A stretch of DNA of 64,000 nucleotides from an uncultured bacterium (GTDB taxonomy: Bacteria; Babelota; Babeliae; Babelales; Babelaceae): the NCBI GenBank assembly GCA_963713855.1, contig OY970209.1, positions 800,001 through 864,000 on the forward strand. Reading direction: 5' to 3'. The position numbers and the translations under genes are program-made. Under the pieces are notes generated by a model, which had not been told where the DNA came from, searched no databases, and saw nothing but the letters and a program-made list of their open reading frames with translations. Shown piece by piece: positions 60,212 through 64,000 of this stretch; positions within the stretch are counted from its first letter, which is position 1; each line of letters opens with the position of its first letter.

Positions 60212-61474
60212 TTATGTTCGATGCTCAATAAGTAATACTTCAATTTCTTGCTTTTCATCGAGCTTGCTATCGTGATCTTTTGTATCGCTGCCAGCTATAA
60301 GAATTGTTGCTATTGCTAATATAAAAGCGCTGACAGGGATGACCAATCGAGTAGCCACTTTATTAACAAATTCTGAAGGATAAACAGTTATAGCTCTTGG
60401 GTAATTTTGGCCATCTCCCCCCCCACGAAGGAACGCTTCATACTGTTCAAGGTGGAACCCCTCATATTTCTTGCTGAGAAAACTAAAAATTTTGTGCATA
60501 ATCAAGAAGGTCGCAGCTGAGGCTGTGGTTACTTTGATTGTAAGCCAGCTCACGTGATTGAGAAATCGTAATTTCATCGGTTCATCCGAAGAGTCAAATC
60601 CCATTTGACCGATCCTGCTTGACGCGATCCTGTATTCCTCGCTGTTAATACCCTTCTTTTTTTTAAGGATTTTTTTTACCTCCTTCGAGTCTAATCTACC
60701 AATAGCATTAAGAAGATCATTAAAATCTGGTGTCACATTAAAAGGGATTCGATGCTCAATGAGTAATGCTTCAATTTCTTGCTTGTTATCAGGTGTTCTA
60801 TCAAGCTCTTTTGTATTGGTAACAATAAAAAGGGTTGCCGATACAGCTATTATGAAAGCGCAGACGGCGACGACAAATTTAGGGGTTACTTTATTAACAA
60901 ATTCTTCGTAAAAAGTTGCTCCTGGTAAAATTTCTTGATCATCTCGCACCAAACGAAGGCCTTCAAATCTATTTCTCAAATGACTTAAAATTCTTTGCAT
61001 AATAAGAAAAATTGTAGCTAAAACCAAGGATGATTTGACGTAAAGCCAGCTAATGTCATTGAGAAATCTTAATTCCATCGTCCGATCCGAAGACTCAGGG
61101 CTTACTTTGCCAATAACGCTTGATGCGACTTTGTATTCCTCGTTGTTAACTCCGCCCTTTCTCTTAAGAATTATTTTTACTTCCTTTGAGTCTAATCTAG
61201 CGATAGCTGCAATGAGATCACTAAAATCTGATGCGTCATCAAAATCCAGAGTTGCTATGTTGATGCCAAGATTCGGTTCCTTCCATTCGGAGTTATTGCT
61301 ATCTAGGTAGACGACGATGTTTTGTGCGATCGTATATTGCAGAAGGTTGCGAGCATTAGCAATAGGAATTAAATGTGGTGATTTGTTGATTACACCAAAA
61401 TGCTCGATACAATGAAGCTGCAGACTTACTATGAGCCCGAAAAATGCAATAGATGCATTAAAAATAAATCTCAT
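60212..61474 (-). CDS. Secreted membrane protein with an internal ~165-aa tandem duplication
   Basis: DFSDLIAAIARLDSKEVK...KQEIEALLIEHR repeated as DFNDLLNAIGRLDSKEVK...KQEIEVLLIEHR. Confidence 0.8.
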   Translation of the reverse strand: MRFIFNASIAFFGLIVSLQLHCIEHFGVINKSPHLIPIANARNLLQYTIAQNIVVYLDSNNSEWKEPNLGINIATLDFDDASDFSDLIAAIARLDSKEVKIILKRKGGVNNEEYKVASSVIGKVSPESSDRTMELRFLNDISWLYVKSSLVLATIFLIMQRILSHLRNRFEGLRLVRDDQEILPGATFYEEFVNKVTPKFVVAVCAFIIAVSATLFIVTNTKELDRTPDNKQEIEALLIEHRIPFNVTPDFNDLLNAIGRLDSKEVKKILKKKKGINSEEYRIASSRIGQMGFDSSDEPMKLRFLNHVSWLTIKVTTASAATFLIMHKIFSFLSKKYEGFHLEQYEAFLRGGGDGQNYPRAITVYPSEFVNKVATRLVIPVSAFILAIATILIAGSDTKDHDSKLDEKQEIEVLLIEHRT

Positions 61475-61489
61475 CGCTGCTCCTCACTA

Positions 61490-62911
61490 CTATAATTCGG
61501 TTTTTTCGGGCTTTGGTACGCATTTGCCATTTTCGAGAATTAAATGACGTACTGTACCTTTACCTTCAAACCATTTCACCAACTCAAAATGCTCATACTT
61601 AGCGGCTACGTCGAGCGGTGTACACCCGTTATTGTCTTTAACTTCAATGATTGCTTTACTAGTTTCTAAAAGTAGTTCTACCATCGCTTGATAACCATTG
61701 GCGGCGGCGTGATGAAGTGGCAGCCAACCCTCATCATCTGGTTCGTCGACATGTGCACCGGATTCGAGTAGCAGTTTTACTATGGTTTGCTTATTGCCGC
61801 CCGCAGCATAGTGTAATGATTGCCGTTTATTAGTATCTTTGGCATTAACCTTAACACCTTGCGAGATCAGAAATTCCACAATTCTTTGGTCTCCACCAAT
61901 GGCCGCATGATGCAGAGGTTCACGGCGGTCATTATCTTGAACATCGGCACGCACACCTTTTTTGATAAGATTTTTAACCGTTTCAAGATTATACCGAGCA
62001 GCGAAATGAAGAGGCTGTTGTCCGTCAGAGGTTGTCGTATCAATGGCGATTCCTTTTTCAATCAGCCATTCTAGAAGCGACAATCCGGAAAATGCAGCAA
62101 AATGTATTGGTTGTGTTCCATCTTTAGATTGGGCCCGTAAATCTGCCCCACGATCAGATAACCATTGTACGAGCTTAGTGTGCCCCTGACTCGCTGCCAC
62201 ATGGATAGGTTGCTTGTCAAAATTGTCTTTAGCATTGATGGGAATATCTTTGCTTAATAAGTACTCGACGATGGCTCGATGATTATTGTGCGCAGCGTAG
62301 TGTATGGGTTGGATATCGTCTTTAGTTTTTGCTGAAAGAGTGTTTGGATTTTTACTTTCTAACCACTCAATGATTGATTTATGGCCATTACTCGCGGCTA
62401 AATGAATTGGGCAAATGCCGTCGATGTCTGGGGTATTAATAAGTTCGGGATCTTTTTCAAAGAAATACTTGATAATATCAAGGTGATTATTTTGTGCAGC
62501 GAAATGTATGGGATGTCTGTTGTTGTTCATCCGGGCGTTAAGGTTAGCCTTATTGTCAATGAGACACTTAATGATTCCTAAATTACCTTGGCTTGCCGCT
62601 AAGTGAAGAGGTTGCACTCCCTGCTCGTCCGTAGAGTTAACATCTGCCTTTTTGCTCAAAAGGTATTCAAGAATGTCGAGATGGTTGTTTTGAGCTGCAA
62701 TATGTATAGGCTGTTTGCCCTTCCATAGTGCAGTCAGAAAGCTTGGATCTTGATCAATGAGATGCTTAACAGTATCAATTTTACCAGCGTACACGACTGA
62801 ATGAATCACCTGTCCTTTTAGCGGCATAACGAAGCGGACAGATGATGGCCTAGCCTCGATATCAGTAGCTATGTTAAATATGAGAAGCCCAGTAAGACAT
62901 TTAAATATCAT
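61490..62911 (-). CDS. Secreted ankyrin-repeat protein (about 12 repeats)
   Basis: Repeated QPIHIAA/QPLHLAA/PLHHAA ankyrin cores; signal peptide. Confidence 0.95.
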   Translation of the reverse strand: MIFKCLTGLLIFNIATDIEARPSSVRFVMPLKGQVIHSVVYAGKIDTVKHLIDQDPSFLTALWKGKQPIHIAAQNNHLDILEYLLSKKADVNSTDEQGVQPLHLAASQGNLGIIKCLIDNKANLNARMNNNRHPIHFAAQNNHLDIIKYFFEKDPELINTPDIDGICPIHLAASNGHKSIIEWLESKNPNTLSAKTKDDIQPIHYAAHNNHRAIVEYLLSKDIPINAKDNFDKQPIHVAASQGHTKLVQWLSDRGADLRAQSKDGTQPIHFAAFSGLSLLEWLIEKGIAIDTTTSDGQQPLHFAARYNLETVKNLIKKGVRADVQDNDRREPLHHAAIGGDQRIVEFLISQGVKVNAKDTNKRQSLHYAAGGNKQTIVKLLLESGAHVDEPDDEGWLPLHHAAANGYQAMVELLLETSKAIIEVKDNNGCTPLDVAAKYEHFELVKWFEGKGTVRHLILENGKCVPKPEKTEL

Positions 62912-63090
62912 GAATCCCCTTTTTTGTCTTCTCGGCGGTTTTTCCAGCCTAATTGTAACGTAAGCGAGATCAAGTATACATTAGTGAAAAAACTTATTAA
63001 AATCAACGGCCAAAGCCTTATCGACGAGAGGTATCTAAAGGTAACCGGTTGCCTTATTAGAAAAAGACCTGTTATAAAACGGGCAAGTTT

Positions 63091-63998
63091 TTACCAAAAA
63101 TGATCTTGATCATAAACATATCCCCGCTCTAACAGCTTAAAGTATAACTCCTTAGAGCGGAGATCATTTTTGTTCCAATAATATTTAAAACTTTCATGGC
63201 CAGTGTATTCTGCATCTCTTTGACTGATATAACCTTTTTTAAAGACAGTTACCATAGCGCTGCTACATTGATAGTTATTTGGAATCTGACTAACATTACC
63301 ATCATACTCAAGAGGGATAATAAGCTCATTTTCATCAGTTCGCACTAATAGAAATTGACCCGCATCTCTCCCAGAATCATAGTGACGAAAAAGTGGTATA
63401 GCACTGGTATGAGCAAGAATATTTTCATTTTTATAGGGAAAAGCTTCAATTTTATCCGAATCGTAAAATTTAAATAGAAAGCCATTTGACAAGAGCATGC
63501 CTTGCTTTGGTGTTAAAAGGCTATACATCCGTTTTAATGTTCCAAACGGGTCAACAAGGTGGCGCAATGTCCAATCAGAGATAATTAAGTCAACTTTGCC
63601 TTTAAGGTTGAAACCTAATTTTGCTAGCTCCTCATCAATATTTTCGATTTTAAACTGATTAAATTGGTAATGCGTAACACAGCCATTTTCTTGTACACCG
63701 TTAACACACTCTTTTCCCCCTGTTAGGCTGAAAATGTGAAAGTGTTTTCCCGATTTTTTACAGTGCTCGTTGTTCAAAATCTTCGTAGCAGTTTTACCCC
63801 ACTCCGCACTTGCACAACCAACCTCTACGATGTAAATATCTTTTTTTCTTTATTGACGTGACACAAATCGAGCAATTTATGATCATCAATATTAAGAAGG
63901 TAATAGTGAGTGCTGCCATTATACATCCAAGGGTACTCGTGTTCTTTGATATCCTCAAAAGCTTTGTTGATGGCTTTTTTCACTTCTAATGGTCGATT
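63091..63998 (-). CDS. Class I SAM methyltransferase-like protein (5' partial; frameshift near 63841-63850)
   Basis: IYIVEVGCASAEWG motif I upstream of the track start; VDLIISDWTLRHLVDPFG; frame change near an A7 run. Confidence 0.7.
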
Positions 63999-64000
63999 AC

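Noticed and set aside
1570..62074. Numerous short antisense or alternate-frame ORFs in the track
   Set aside because: They overlap well-supported genes and lack motifs, so they are treated as shadow ORFs.

Overview
Bacterial chromosomal window. It is inferred to come from a protist-associated intracellular lineage such as Babelota (Dependentiae/TM6), given the many ankyrin and signal-peptide orphan genes and the lack of rpmD; the taxonomy is unverified. The left part (1-37.5 kb) mixes housekeeping genes (pcrA/uvrD, murC, yidC, recR, alkD, pepP, galE, NhaC-type transporter, rplM, cfa, rseP, ilvE, YhcG) with many secreted orphan, ankyrin and beta-propeller genes. 37.6-56.5 kb is one str-S10-spc-alpha ribosomal superoperon lacking rpmD and adk; its 38.6-49.4 kb part is full of single-base indels that look like assembly errors. 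The right end is a cluster of secreted effector-like genes. The most notable observations are: an unexplained ~285-nt multi-hairpin structured element at 8996-9278; a decayed IS200/IS605 tnpB remnant that keeps its omegaRNA-like right end; two single genes each bracketed by direct-repeated hairpins; beta-propeller proteins with eukaryote-like membrane anchors; and normally cytoplasmic enzymes (IlvE, Cfa) carrying export signals.
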